In this document: positions 1 to 12,874 of the stretch, in pieces
Layout of the letters: each line of letters begins with the position of its first letter
How positions within the stretch are numbered: position 1 is the stretch's first letter
NCBI GenBank assembly: GCA_001600815.1
Contig: BCKZ01000015.1
Span: 310,001 to 374,000, forward strand
Length of the DNA stretch: 64,000 bases
Source: Alloascoidea hylecoeti
Taxonomy: Eukaryota
Direction: 5' to 3'
Program-made: the position numbers and the translations under genes
Notes under the pieces: model-generated
The model's input: the letters and a program-made list of their open reading frames with translations, nothing else
Database searches by the model: none
What the model was told of the DNA's origin: nothing

Positions 1-1224
1 GGAGCTCCTGCAAAGGCATCTAAATCTGCAGAACCTGAAAAATCTGAGGATAAAGCTGAAGCTGCCATTCCCAAAGAAACTGCACAAGCTGCCGAGCCTG
101 CTGGTGAACCACAGGTAGTCAAAGTTCCTGATATGGCCGAGTCTATTACAGAAGGCACTCTTAGATCTTTTGAAAAAGAAATTGGAGAGTTTGTTGAAGT
201 AGATGAGGAAGTCGCAACTATTGAAACCGATAAGATTGACGTCCCAGTCTTGGCCCCATTCTCGGGAACAGTTAAGGAGTTCTTAGCTAAACCTGAAGAT
301 GCTGTTACTGTTGGTCAAGATTTGTTTGTCTTGGTCCCTGGTGGAAGCCCATCTCCAAAAGCTGCTACACCCGCACCAACATCTGCTTCTCCATCATCTG
401 ATGCAACACCGGCTCCCAAGACAGAAGCTCCAAAGAAGGAAGCCCCAAAGAAAGAAGCTTCAAAGAAGAAGGAAACCGCTGCTCCTCCTCCTGCAGAAGC
501 TTCAAAAGCTTTCGCCAGATCTGAAACCAAGGTTAAGATGAACAGAATGAGATTAAGAATTGCTGAACGTCTTAAGGAATCCCAAAACACTTCAGCATCT
601 TTGACTACTTTTAATGAGGTCGATATGTCAAATCTTATGGATTTACGAAAATCATATAAGGATGCCGTTTTGGAAAAGACTGGCATTAAGTTTGGTTTCA
701 TGGGTGCTTTCTCAAAAGCTTGTACTTTAGCCATGAAAGATATTCCAACTGTAAATGCTGCCATTGAAGGTCCAAATGGTGGTGATACTATTGTTTATAA
801 AGACTATGTGGATATTTCTGTTGCAGTTGCTACTCCAAAAGGTTTAGTTACTCCTGTTGTTCGTAATGCTGAATCCCAATCTATTATCGAAATTGAAAAA
901 TCAATCAGTGATCTTGGTAAGAAAGCCCGTGATGGTAAGCTCACTCTAGAAGATATGGCAGGTGGAACTTTCACTATTTCAAATGGTGGTGTTTTTGGTT
1001 CATTATACGGAACACCTATCATTAATATCCCACAAACTGCTGTATTGGGATTACATGGTATAAAAGAACGTGCTGTTGTTGTTGATGGAAAAGTTGTAGC
1101 TAGACCAATGATGTATTTGGCTTTGACATATGATCATCGTTTATTAGATGGAAGAGAAGCCGTCACTTTCTTGAAGACTGTTAAAGAATTAATAGAAGAT
1201 CCAAGAAGGATGCTCCTTTATTAG
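1..1224 (+). CDS. KGD2: Dihydrolipoamide succinyltransferase (E2 of 2-oxoglutarate dehydrogenase), 5' end outside window
   Basis: Frame is open from base 1. Lipoyl domain [13 protein letters not shown]...IETDKIDV, an Ala/Pro/Lys/Glu linker, and a catalytic domain with [14 protein letters not shown] and [15 protein letters not shown]. Confidence 0.96.
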   Translation, partial: GAPAKASKSAEPEKSEDKAEAAIPKETAQAAEPAGEPQVVKVPDMAESITEGTLRSFEKEIGEFVEVDEEVATIETDKIDVPVLAPFSGTVKEFLAKPEDAVTVGQDLFVLVPGGSPSPKAATPAPTSASPSSDATPAPKTEAPKKEAPKKEASKKKETAAPPPAEASKAFARSETKVKMNRMRLRIAERLKESQNTSASLTTFNEVDMSNLMDLRKSYKDAVLEKTGIKFGFMGAFSKACTLAMKDIPTVNAAIEGPNGGDTIVYKDYVDISVAVATPKGLVTPVVRNAESQSIIEIEKSISDLGKKARDGKLTLEDMAGGTFTISNGGVFGSLYGTPIINIPQTAVLGLHGIKERAVVVDGKVVARPMMYLALTYDHRLLDGREAVTFLKTVKELIEDPRRMLLY

Positions 1225-2410
1225 ATATTGGAGTGTTAGTTTAGTGAATAATATTATATAGAGTATTAGTTACTAGGCCTAAAATTAATCTGATTTTTAC
1301 CGTTTAGTTTGACCATATATGTTGATAATACACATGTAATACATGTATTTTACATTGCTTGCGAAAAGTGATCAAAAGTTTTTGGGGGAATTGAAGTGAA
1401 AGCTAGTGGTCGACATTCTCAATCAAAAAACTAAACTTAATTATAATATATAAAAATGTTATAAAAACCCTTCTATGTATAAGAAAGTGAATAAGTATTT
1501 TGGAATCTAGGAATTAACTTCCAACACCCAATATAAGTTATAAATTTATAATATATCTATAAATGAATAATTTATATTATAAAGATCTGAAGAGCCAAAA
1601 AAAAGTTACAAAAGCATTAAAAAATATAAAAAGTTAAGAGAGAATTATAAAATAGCCTTACCAAGGAGATAAAGAACTATATCTTCATCATCATCATCAT
1701 CATTATCATAAATAATACTGTAGTGTGTGGTGTGTAAAGCAAATCAAATAAAAATTGAAATATTCTTATTTCAATTTATAGATTATTGATAAATATGGCC
1801 ATAATTTCACACATATTGTAGAAGTATTTTTTAGTTGTTTATACATGTAATCAACTGAGACAGTGAAGATAATGTTACAATTGGGAGCTTCCGAGGCAGC
1901 TCCAAATGAGAGAGAATATTTTTAGAAAGCACAGAAATCTTTTGAGAAACTCTATTTATCCCAATTTTTTACTGGTGATTATTGATCTTAATTTGGAGAT
2001 CCATATCTATTATAAATATAACTAGCTATATAAATGTAATATAATTAAACATAGTGTTGAAATGTGATAAAATTTGTTAAATAAGAGATAAAAATCCTAA
2101 AATCTATAAAAATGATAGAGTAGAAAAACTGCCAAATGATTTATAATTTTAATAATTAAACAGGTGAAAAGAATCCTCTTTTGTAAATGGCCTTTAATTT
2201 TATTAATTAGAAGCATTGGAAATATTCCAAAAGGAAATATGTATGTAGGTTACAGTTAAAACTTTCATAAATTTTTCGTGTTAAATTACAAAATACTAAC
2301 AGAGATTGAAACCTTACTTTATCAAAACGAAAAATATAAATGCTTATCCATTCCTCTTCTAACAATAGATTTTATGCATGTTTTGCAATTGAAACTATTC
2401 TTTGATGGAA

Positions 2411-2462
2411 ATATGTCAACCTTATGCATGAGCTCGATATGTCAATCTTATGTATGAGCTCG
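2411..2462. repeat. Two tandem copies of a 26-bp unit (ATATGTCAAYCTTATGYATGAGCTCG)
   Basis: Directly visible; two mismatches between copies. Confidence 0.85.
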
Positions 2463-2809
2463 AGGTCAACATAATCCAGCTTCAATTGGATATAAATAGC
2501 GGTTGTAGCTACAATTAATTCTAGTGATATAGATTGAAATAAAGAGGCTCTATATTCCTTGTAATTTGAACTTGGGTTTAATTAACGGTATATGAGGTAA
2601 GTGTGTGACTGTTAGAAATTGGACTAAATGGTTCCTGTACGCATATACCCTAAACGGCAATTGCGTATTCGTGTATCAGCAAATTTTTTCTGTTAGACTA
2701 TAATCCTCAGTTAGGAAATTCCAATTACAGATATTGCTTTGAAACTTGGGGAATATATAAGAAAGATTTTTAACTTTGTACTCACTTCAATTTTAACAAC
2801 TCTCGCAAT

Positions 2810-4093
2810 ATGTCAGCAAGCAATAATCACAGACCTGTGTCAACGTTACTTGATCATGAGAGTATCATTAATAATTCTAATTCTACTGAAGATAAACCTG
2901 AATATCATGTAAATAACTGCAGTGTTACTTTAATTTTATATAGAGATAACTCTACTTCAGTTATTGTTACTGAAAATGAAAATAAGGAGGCAAAACATAA
3001 TAATATAAATCATCGTGATACAAATATAAAATCCCCTTTGATTAATGATATTCAAACATGTGCTGCTGCAACTGAAGTAGAATATAATGCAAGTCATAAC
3101 TTTAAGCCTGATGAGAATGAATCAATTAATATTTCAGTTGAAAATTACCCCGATTCACCACCGTCTCGTTCTGATGTTTTACAAGCGACGAGTACAATAT
3201 ATCAATCTCTTTCTAGGACTAGGAGTATTGATAGTTCCCCAGATAATAATCATATGACTGATATGAATGAAATTCCTATAACTAACGGGTCATATACTCA
3301 AAAATCTGAAGAAATTAAAGAGTACAAAATTCGTCTTTCAAAATTGTTTAACCAATTTCTTACTTCTTGGATAGAAATCCTCTACAATTCAGAACAATTT
3401 TTGTTTGATATTAGAGCATATTATTACAAAATCGACTGTGACTCATTAAAAGATAATGGCTTACTGGTAAATATTTCAACTATCGATTTGTCATTAAATG
3501 ATGATTATACGAAGTATACAACTCTTTTAGGTAATCATGGGTCTATTATACGTGATTATCACCAACAATTAATGAATTTCTCAATCTCCATCGCAGCCGA
3601 TGATATCATCTATCAACTAACCTTTAACACAATTACTGATAAATTCGAATTATTATTAGCACAGTATTTTTCACTGATTGCAAATTATTATTTCATTTTT
3701 GCTGCATTCTATAGTAACAATAAAAGGGATAACTATAAAGCATATTCTAAATACGTCAAATACACACTTTTGATATCTGAGTTTCGTCGATCTATAATTA
3801 ATATTTTATCAACTGATAAATTAAAAATAAACTTCAGAGACACACCAACAATGTGTAATATTGGGAAGTACGATCAAGATATTCATTCTAACCAGTTCAT
3901 ACCATTTACCTATTGTCATCCGGCCCTAGATCCAAAATTCCTATACTACTTATATCAGAAGGAAAAAAATGATTTGAAAGGTGGACAATTACAATCATTA
4001 TACAAAGATATCGTTAATATAAATGAACGTTATCTACCAGCATTAAACTTACCGCCCTACACACCACATACATCTAAATATACAGCGCTATAG
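2810..4093 (+). CDS. Hypothetical 427-aa protein, no recognised family
   Basis: Long ATG-initiated ORF in very AT-rich DNA, with TATATAA about 55 bp upstream. N-terminus is Asn/Ser-rich; C-terminal half looks helical. Confidence 0.7.
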   Translation: MSASNNHRPVSTLLDHESIINNSNSTEDKPEYHVNNCSVTLILYRDNSTSVIVTENENKEAKHNNINHRDTNIKSPLINDIQTCAAATEVEYNASHNFKPDENESINISVENYPDSPPSRSDVLQATSTIYQSLSRTRSIDSSPDNNHMTDMNEIPITNGSYTQKSEEIKEYKIRLSKLFNQFLTSWIEILYNSEQFLFDIRAYYYKIDCDSLKDNGLLVNISTIDLSLNDDYTKYTTLLGNHGSIIRDYHQQLMNFSISIAADDIIYQLTFNTITDKFELLLAQYFSLIANYYFIFAAFYSNNKRDNYKAYSKYVKYTLLISEFRRSIINILSTDKLKINFRDTPTMCNIGKYDQDIHSNQFIPFTYCHPALDPKFLYYLYQKEKNDLKGGQLQSLYKDIVNINERYLPALNLPPYTPHTSKYTAL

Positions 4094-6194
4094 CTATACC
4101 AATTGCAATTTTGCTATGTAACGTCATGATCAACCGAGGTAATGAAGCTTAAGTTTGTACTTTCTGAGACCACTCCAACTTATATTTAGATTATATCTTT
4201 CCGCTCCGCTAGTTCTTTTCATTTAGAAAAGGCCACAAATATTCACGCGTTGTTTAGAAGAGTTCTTAAGTTTATATACTTCTATCACAACGTCAGAACA
4301 TAAGCATTGGCGAAGCTATCAGCGGGTCACAACAATTTGGAGCAGTGAGATGTACTGATATTCATTAGGAATATTATTCTACCCCTTAGTTTGAATTGAA
4401 TCTGGATAATGAATCTATTTCAGTTGAGCAGTATTCATTTTATTCTTCGAGAATATCTTCAGCTACGTTTCCAATCGGGGAAGTAAGAATTGGGATTAAA
4501 AATAGGGATTGTCCTTCGGATTAAGTTATTTCAACTATAATTTGATTACAATTATGAATGTCAAGAATATCGTTATCCATGTCAACATTGTCATAGAATA
4601 TGTATAAGGTAATAATTATAGATAGACATTATTTTTCCAACTGCAGATTTCCATTCTTTCTTTATTTTTCTGTATATTTACAGTTCACCTATGTATATTC
4701 TACTAATTTAATTAGAGAGATGGTGAATACTCGATTGCAATTGAAAACTTTTCCAGAACTTTTTTTAAAAACATCTAATTGGTTAGAAATTTCAATCAGT
4801 GATAGTCTTTTTTTGTATTTCCACCGTGGAGCAATTGCAAAGAGATTTTTTAATGGAAAAGGGGTTCTAACTTCTAATTATAACATTCTAATGTATATTT
4901 GACATATCCTGAAAGAACTTTAAAATAAGCGCCTATATCTAAACCAGTTGGTCATATTTCTACGAATTTCTACAAATTTCTACAACAGTGCCCTCTTAAC
5001 TTCCCAACTGTTTTTTCCAATTAAGCTTTTTATACCGACATCCGAAAAAAATAATATCTATCCATAAACCATGTCCAACGGGATGTCAGGGAAGAGAAAA
5101 TTTCATCAACATTATACTTAGCTGCGGCTGTAACATATTTTACCTTGTAAATCTGCAGGTATCATAATGCTTAAGTTATAAATGTGTTAACGTTTCTATG
5201 TTTCTACGATAGTTATATAATATTAAATGGTTTAAATCTCATGATCATTAATCAATAATAATCATACTTATATTAAGTTATATGTAATATTAATGTAACA
5301 ATTACAATTTCTGATGCTGATATGTAACTGTAAACTTATATAAACATAATTGATACTTGTCCATCTACGTAGGATGTCAACAAGATCTAAACAAAAATAT
5401 GTCACGAGATAAAGAGAGATAACATTAACAATAACAATAACGAATTAGAATTAAAAGTTAGATTTAAACCATATCCAAGTGGAAGGATGCTAGTGTTTTG
5501 AAAAAATGAGTCTAATTATATTACAGCAATTACAAGATAAAGCTAAAAGCCGTTCGCAAAAGAATCGTAATTGAGATGGTTAACCAACTATGTTATAAAA
5601 AATGTTAGATATGAAAAGCACTTTATAATTATAAAATGAGAGCAAATGGCAAAAAACACTATAAAATAATATCAATGGAGTCTTTAAATACACATAAGTT
5701 ATATCTAAAACATTTCCGCATAATTAAATGTTGGGCCTATCCAAAAATAAATGAGATATATATCAAAGAGATAAAAGGATTTCTTTACCATTCGGATATT
5801 CATACATAAGCATAGATGTTAGTACATCAACCCGAAAGTGGCATAAAAAATACATCTAAATCTAAAAAAGCCGGGGTAAGATCAAGGTTTATGCTGTACG
5901 TGTATAACCATAAATTTAAATGTGTATGAATTTCGTAATATAGTGAAGGAAGTAAGTTACGCTAAAGTGACAGGTCCTTGCAATTATTCGGAGAAGAGTA
6001 AAATATTTTTCCTTTTTACCTTTGACTACAATGATGAAAGTAAATCTACAAAGTATATAAGACAAGGTCCTGCCCATAATTTTATTATATAACAATATAC
6101 TAATATAATAATCATTTACAATCGATATTTGAAAACAAGATCACAACTGAAGTTATTCTTATCGAAGTTATCACTACAATTACACTTATTCTTT

Positions 6195-7910
6195 ATGATG
6201 CTAAAGTTAACCTCCAGATCTAGTTCTGTTTCGAGATCACAATCACAAAAGTCAAGTGATAATGCATCCACTAATTCATTATCCACGACGGACGATACAA
6301 CTCCAATTCCTTTCCCAAATGAAGTACAAGATAAAGATTTAGAAGTCCAAAATCTACAGAGCTCGAGTAACGTTGCGTCGCTACATGAACAGGATGTTTT
6401 ATCCAGAATCTTATCGGGTATTGATTCCAGGAATACTGATTCTACTAAGCCAATCCCAGAAATGGGGTTTGGGAAGGATTATCCACCCCAATTACCAGAT
6501 CAGGATATATATACTGTTGATTTTACAGGACCAGATGATCCACTACATCCAAATAATTGGCCACTGAAAAAAAAATTATTAGGAGCTTTTGCGCTTGGTT
6601 CAATGTCGTTTGTTGCTTCATGGGGATCAAGTATTTTTTCTTCCGGTATTCAGTCAATTTCTCAGCAATTTCATGTTGCACCAGTTGTTGGAACTCTTGG
6701 TGTGTCTCTTTATGTTCTTGGTTTTGCATCTGGTCCTTGTGTTTGGGCACCATTCTCTGAATTATATGGCAGAAAACCTGTACTTGTAATATCATGCTTT
6801 CTTTTTACTGTTTTTCAATTTGCTGTCGCAGTTGCCAAAGATTTACAAACTATTTTAATATGTCGATTTTTTGGTGGGTTTTTTGGAGCTTCTCCAATGG
6901 TTGTTGTTGCTGCTGCATTTTCAGATATGTTTGGAAATCGTACAAGAGGTATAGCAATTTCTATTTTTGCTTCAACAGTATTCGTTGGACCTAATATTGC
7001 ACCACTTGCGGGATCATTTATTTCTGACTCCTATCTAGGTTGGAGATGGACAGAGTATATTACTGGTATCATGGGAGCGGTGGTACTCTTATTAGTTACT
7101 TTTTGTTATTCTGAGTCATATCATCCTATAGTACTATGTGGTAAAGCTGAAGATCTTAGAAGGAGAACAGGAAACTGGGGTATAAGGGCTAAACACGAAA
7201 GCTTTACATTGAGTATCAAAGAAATTGTTACTAATAATTTAACAAGACCTATGCGTATGCTATTCACGGAACCAATTATTTTTTTAATCTCAATTTATAA
7301 TGCTTTTGTTTATGGTATTTTATATCTATTATTCACTGCTTACCCTTATGTTTATGCCAAAAAGTATCACTGGAAAGGTGGTCTGGTCGATATAGCTTTT
7401 ATTGGTCTAGCCATCGGTCAAATATTTGGTGGTTTGGGCTGTCTTTTATATGAACCAAGATATAACAAAACTCTTGATGCCAACGGTGGTAAACCAGTTC
7501 CAGAAGCAAGATTACCCCCAATGATGGTTGGTTGTTTTTTATTTCCAATTGGTTTAATGTGGTTTATGTGGACAGGTAATTATCCCGACAAAGTACATTG
7601 GGTAGTTCCAATGGTTTCTGGTATATTCACTGGTGCTGGATTAATTACAATTTTCTTACCATCTATGAATTATATAGTAGATTCATATTTGATGTTTGCA
7701 GCATCTGCTTTAGCCGCAAATACAATGTTACGTTCCTTTTGTGGATCGATTTTCCCATTATTTGCAACATTTATGCTAGATGGTATGGGAGTTAATTGGG
7801 CTGGATTATTACTTGGCTTGCTTGGATTTATACTGTGTCCTGTTCCATTTTTATTCTACAAGTATGGTAAACGAATTAGAAGAAGATCTAAGTTTGCTCC
7901 AGATCTATAG
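6195..7910 (+). CDS. MFS drug:H+ antiporter (DHA1 family, Tpo1/Flr1/Mdr1-like)
   Basis: VDFTGPDDPLHPNNW, WAPFSELYGRK, GWRWTEY and PEARLP motifs with about 12 hydrophobic segments. First in-frame ATG is at 6195 (the ORF track starts at a TTG). Confidence 0.93.
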   Translation: MMLKLTSRSSSVSRSQSQKSSDNASTNSLSTTDDTTPIPFPNEVQDKDLEVQNLQSSSNVASLHEQDVLSRILSGIDSRNTDSTKPIPEMGFGKDYPPQLPDQDIYTVDFTGPDDPLHPNNWPLKKKLLGAFALGSMSFVASWGSSIFSSGIQSISQQFHVAPVVGTLGVSLYVLGFASGPCVWAPFSELYGRKPVLVISCFLFTVFQFAVAVAKDLQTILICRFFGGFFGASPMVVVAAAFSDMFGNRTRGIAISIFASTVFVGPNIAPLAGSFISDSYLGWRWTEYITGIMGAVVLLLVTFCYSESYHPIVLCGKAEDLRRRTGNWGIRAKHESFTLSIKEIVTNNLTRPMRMLFTEPIIFLISIYNAFVYGILYLLFTAYPYVYAKKYHWKGGLVDIAFIGLAIGQIFGGLGCLLYEPRYNKTLDANGGKPVPEARLPPMMVGCFLFPIGLMWFMWTGNYPDKVHWVVPMVSGIFTGAGLITIFLPSMNYIVDSYLMFAASALAANTMLRSFCGSIFPLFATFMLDGMGVNWAGLLLGLLGFILCPVPFLFYKYGKRIRRRSKFAPDL

Positions 7911-8135
7911 CTAACTGTATAGACAACTTCCGTATATCATCATCATAAATAATCTAATGCATTTGTACCAATATGAATATTAATATGGTAGTCATTATAT
8001 GCATGTTATCATATAATGCTATATACTCAACTCTAATATATTGCTCCCGGTTTAGTTACTAAAAGTACTTGTATTTATAATTATAAGTATAGTTATTAAA
8101 TCCTTTAAAGCCGAGAAGGTCACTTGAAGACAAAA

Positions 8136-8177
8136 AATCTTTAACCGTACCTAACCAATCTTTAACCGTACCTAACC
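8136..8177. repeat. Perfect 21-bp tandem duplication AATCTTTAACCGTACCTAACC x2
   Basis: Directly visible. Confidence 0.9.
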
Positions 8178-8734
8178 ATTGTGTTCGGAATGGCTCATTA
8201 GTTTATAATTAGTCTTTAGACTATTTAGCGTAGTTTATAAATTATTTCCATAATGCCTTGACCATATATATATATATATATAAAATTCCATATAAAGCTT
8301 TACAGTAAATTCAGTAAATAGTAAATAGTAAGTAGTAAGTATGGTGTGGAAATAAAAAGGAACTAGTCTTGTAGTGAGGGTAACATAACTCGCTCATTCT
8401 TACAATTTGCTTGGATATGTTCATTAATTGCCTGCTCATTTACTAAAAAGAAAAGTAATGTTTTCCCATCCCGCACGATCAAAAATTCTACTTTAATAGA
8501 GCAGCAAGTGACATACAGATTTTACATGGTTAGCGCTTATGATTTTGTCCGCTAATGTTGCATAATACAATGCATATTTAATTAACTTTTAGGTCGAAAA
8601 AGGCAACCATAGATTAGCAGGGGAACACATTCATCACAATAAGATTTCAATTATTAATAATCTGCAATTGAGATTAATAATCCTCCTTTTAATGTAAGAG
8701 TAGTCTCAAAGGTCCTGCACACCCTTATCCAAAA

Positions 8735-8845
8735 CGTAAACCCCGTAGTCTATTTCACTACTCCACAACCAACAATGGTGAAATCAAAAAGAAACCCCGA
8801 GAGCTCTTGCATCAAGAGATAAGGGAGTGAGAGTAGTCAAAGCAT
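8735..8845 (+). mobile_element. Relic of the 5' end of the pogo/Fot1-like element seen at 29.44-29.8 kb
   Basis: CGTAAACCCCG..TATTT..CT.CTCCACAACC..ATGG.. aligns by eye with 29441-29550. Residual translation ALASRDKGVRVVK vs PLDSRGKEARIEK. Confidence 0.6.
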
Positions 8846-9773
8846 GACAATATGGTGGCTGGAAAAGAACTAGTTTTTAGTTTCTTACTTCATAACCAGG
8901 ACGTGGTGAGCATCTGTACCCTACCAAAAAAAAAACCACTACTAGCCATGTGAGTGATATTGGTCTGTGCGAAATCTTTGTGAGTACGGCTATAAGTAAT
9001 TAAATCTTCTCCACTATTTTTACAACAATGAATCATAGCTAATTAACCTACAGCTGCCAATAAATCTCTAATTGTGGGGTGCTACATTAATTGCTCGCAT
9101 TATATCACTATAGTTATATTGCAATCAGAAAATGAAGCAGCAAACTAAATTGTAAAGGTATAAATAATTTTTAAAATATAGAATATTTTATCTCATTTTC
9201 TTTAGATTATTTTAATTTTTTCTTAATATCAGTATTAAAAAAAATAATGAATACATTAAGCGGTAGTTTTACAACAATCTATGGATCTTCTATATATCGA
9301 TAGATATCTGAACTGGAGTACTATTTTATTGATACCTATAGGCGTTTAAAATATTCACATCATCTGTCTATTGATTTTGAATGCTATTGAAGTTCATTCA
9401 AATATCTTACATTGAATGATGTATCAATAATTATAAGTTATACAATGATTATACATATAAGGTATAAGGGGCGTTATATGAGAAGAATCCAAAGAGTTTT
9501 CATCCCGTGGAACTAATTAATACAAGGCTCCCAAAAAGATAAAATGATTATGAGATCTAGTTCGAAAGCCTTATATGGCTAAAGGTAGCCGAAAACTAGT
9601 TATGGTGAAACCGATAATTAATAACCAACATGGCCTGATATTTAGCTCAACTGGTGACAGAAATTGGAATCATTGTACGCCGAAAAACAGTCGCGTGATC
9701 ATAGAGAAGTAACGCTGATCAAGAGATTATAAAATGTATTAATATCTATTAAATTCTATTTGTATGATTTTAA

Positions 9774-10427
9774 CTAGTGATTTTCGGCTTCTGAAATAAG
9801 CGAATCAAGACGTCTTTTTGCTCTGATTCCTTCAATCAATGAAGAGACATACCAATAATAATTGACAGGAGAAGGGATTCTATACTTGCGGATCTTCTTG
9901 GATAAAATGACGGTTTCTAGAGCATGGATAGCTAAAACAGTCCCAATGGCATGAGCACTGTATTTATTCAAGAAAGAAGTGGTAGCTGTACCGAGAATGG
10001 GAGCTAATTTCAGCAAAATATTGTTTCTGAGGGCGGGTGGAGCCAATGCAAGTCCTAATGTCCCTAAGACTCCTACCAAGGTAGGTAGATCTAAAGACAA
10101 GAGATTTGGCCAAACGAATTTGTCAACTTGCGAAGTTGATAAACCACGCTTATTTGCAGCATTCCTTGCCATTGACACCAAAACAGAGCGAGCATCGTTT
10201 AAGGATTCCAAAGGAGGATCAAAGTTGATTTGCTTGGAGACGGCTTTAGTATCTGGGGTTGAGTAAGAAATGATCATGTGTGTAAGAGTGATATCCTCCA
10301 GCTGAGGGTTGACAATTGAAGCGACAGGCACTTCTCCGTAAACCACCAAATAATCCTCGAGGGATAACGCGTGGTCCGCATTCATGTGGGTCAAAATTCT
10401 TCCTTTTCCATCCATTCTTGTAGACAT
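9774..10427 (-). CDS. DUF2470-domain membrane protein
   Basis: N-terminal RILTHMNADHALSLEDYL and ..FDPPL...DARSVLVSMA motifs followed by hydrophobic segments. Confidence 0.75.
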   Translation of the reverse strand: MSTRMDGKGRILTHMNADHALSLEDYLVVYGEVPVASIVNPQLEDITLTHMIISYSTPDTKAVSKQINFDPPLESLNDARSVLVSMARNAANKRGLSTSQVDKFVWPNLLSLDLPTLVGVLGTLGLALAPPALRNNILLKLAPILGTATTSFLNKYSAHAIGTVLAIHALETVILSKKIRKYRIPSPVNYYWYVSSLIEGIRAKRRLDSLISEAENH

Positions 10428-10700
10428 AAATATATTCCGTACACGTTATATAACTTATAATTATATTATATGCCGGGTAACTGAATGGAACCCCCCCCCC
10501 CTGCACCCGTACACCCGTCTTTAAAAGCAGATTTGTTTTCTGACCTCTTCAACTTTACAAAATAGAAATATCAGTTTCTTTTGTTTGACGTTTTAAACCT
10601 CCATTTGTTTTGGTTCGTTAAAAATCCACCTTCCTGTTTATTTTGGATTAAGTCTATCCATTACTCAGCCTGTGTTCTATTCTGTTGGTCACGTCCGAAC

Positions 10701-10765
10701 CCCTTTTTGGTAAATCTCCCCTTTCTTGACGCGTTTGTTACCCCGATTATTGTCGGTTTCGCGAC
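10701..10765. promoter_or_regulatory. Cell-cycle elements upstream of the B-cyclin: Mcm1-like CC(N6)GG-TAAA (10701-10714), MCB ACGCGT (10729-10734), SCB-like TTTCGCG (~10757)
   Basis: Motif matches clustered in the divergent promoter of a mitotic cyclin; function is inferred. Confidence 0.45.
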
Positions 10766-10989
10766 TTTGAATGGAATCCGAAAGGTACGAATGTTCTGTA
10801 TAATTAATTTTTGCTCAATGCCACGGCATTTTCATTTTTAATTTCTTCACGTCCATTTTTTTTTTTTCATGCTGTTACGTTACTGGTGTTACGTTACTGC
10901 TTTTATTTTCAAGGTAGTCAGTCTAACAAACATATAGATCCAACTGAATAAAGAAAGAATTCCTCATCAATTTCTCTACTATATTGAAT

Positions 10990-12874
10990 ATGAGAACTAA
11001 AGTATGTTTTGTTTTGATTTATTCATTTATTCACATAAATTTATTCGTTCTCATGTTCATTTGAAAATTATATTGTCGGGTAAACAATGCTTGTTGACAA
11101 TTTCATTTGTTTATAATTTACACACCTCCTTATTAAATTTAGATCCTAACATTATTAATTTTAGAGAACAACCACCACTAGAAACGCATCAAGACAACGT
11201 GACGAAAATGCCGATGCTATCTCAAGATTAACTCGTTCAAAAGCTGCCGCGTTGACAACAGATGTTAATGAAAAAAATACTTTAACTAATGGTAATACGA
11301 AAAGATCCGCCCTTGGCGATGTTAGTAATGCAAGAAAGACATTGACATCTTCTAAAAATCAAAAGGCTAGTATAACAACAAATAATAAAATACATTCAAA
11401 TACAAATGATACAAATATAAATAAAAGAGATGCTTTAAAAGCAAAAGCCACTAAAATTACTAAAAAGAATAATAATGCTACAAATACAAGACTTCGATCT
11501 AAAAAAATTTCTGTAAAAGTAGAAGTTGACGAAGCAAAATTGAAAAAAGTTCAAGCTCAATCTATTCAAGCTCAATCTCAAGCTAAAGTCAAATCTCAAG
11601 CTAAATCTCAAGTTGAAGATAATGTTGATGTTCAACCGAAAGTTCAGCTCAAAGATATTCTTGAAGTTAAAGATGAATCTAGTGACTCACTGACTAAAGT
11701 TCAAGCTCAAACCCAAACTAGTGAAATTGAACCTGAAACAGATAATATCGAAAAGAAAGAATTAGAAAAGAAAGAACCATTATCTAAACCTAAACCAAAA
11801 ACAAAATCACAAAAACAAAAGCAAAAACAAAAAATTGCTGTTCGTGTTGATGAAGATAAAAATGATAACAAAGAAAATGATGAAAATATTCCTCCTCCTG
11901 TTGCTCAATATAAAAAACGTCCAAGTGATGTCCTTGTTGAAGAAGAAACTTTAAAATTACAGTTACTTGAACAACAAGAACAAGATTTACAGTTAATGAA
12001 GAAGGCAAAATTTGAAGAAACAATAGATTGGGATGATCTTGATGAAGAAGATGCTGATGATCCTTTAATGGTATCAGAATATGTTGTTGATGTTTTCGAA
12101 TATTTACGTGAATTGGAGAAAAAAACTGTACCTGATCCAAGTTACTTAATTTTTCAGAAAACAATTAAACCAGAAATGAGATCAATTTTGGTTGATTGGG
12201 TTGTTGAAGTACATTCACGTTTTCGATTATTACCCGAAACACTATTCTTAACGGTTAATATTATGGATAGATTTATGTCAAAAGAAATGATTGAAGTTGA
12301 TAAATTACAATTGTTAGCTATATCTTCAATGTTCGTTGCTGCTAAATATGAAGAGGTCTTTTCTCCTTCAATTCAATCCTATGTTATAGTTTCTGATAAT
12401 ACTTATTCTGAGGCTGAAATTTTAGAAGCTGAAAAGTTCGTATTACAAGTTTTAGACTTTAATATGTCCTATCCAAATCCGATGAATTTCTTAAGAAGAA
12501 TCTCAAAAGCAGATAATTATGATGTTCAAACAAGAACCTTAGGTAAATATTTGCTGGAAATTTCATTGGTTGATCATCGTTTTATTGGGATGTACCCTTC
12601 ATTAATTTCTGCTGCTGCAATGTATTTATCAAGAAAAATTTTAAATAGAGGTACATGGGATGCAAATTTAATTCATTATTCTGGCGGTTATGATGTTGAT
12701 GATATAATTGTTGTTTGTGAGATGATGATGGATTATTTGGTGCAGCCAATTACTCATGAAGCTTTTTTCAAAAAATATGCTTCAAAAAGATTTATGAAGG
12801 CTTCAATAATTGCAAGGCAATGGGCTAAAAAAGCAATTATTAAAGGATTGGATTTGGCTGATAATTCAGACTAA
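10990..12874 (+). CDS. B-type (mitotic) cyclin, Clb2/Cdc13/NimE-like; exons 10990-11001 and 11165-12874
   Basis: ATG AGA ACT AAA|GTATGT intron with CCTAAC branch (~11145) and TAG acceptor (11164) splices in frame to give MRTKRTTTTR..RLTRSKAAAL. D-box RSALGDVSN; cyclin box MRSILVDWVVEVH..AAKYEEV..FLRRISKAD. Confidence 0.94.

Noticed and set aside
4140..4950. Short ORF 4600-4902 and broken minus-strand frames
   Set aside because: No motif support; consistent with random AT-rich sequence.
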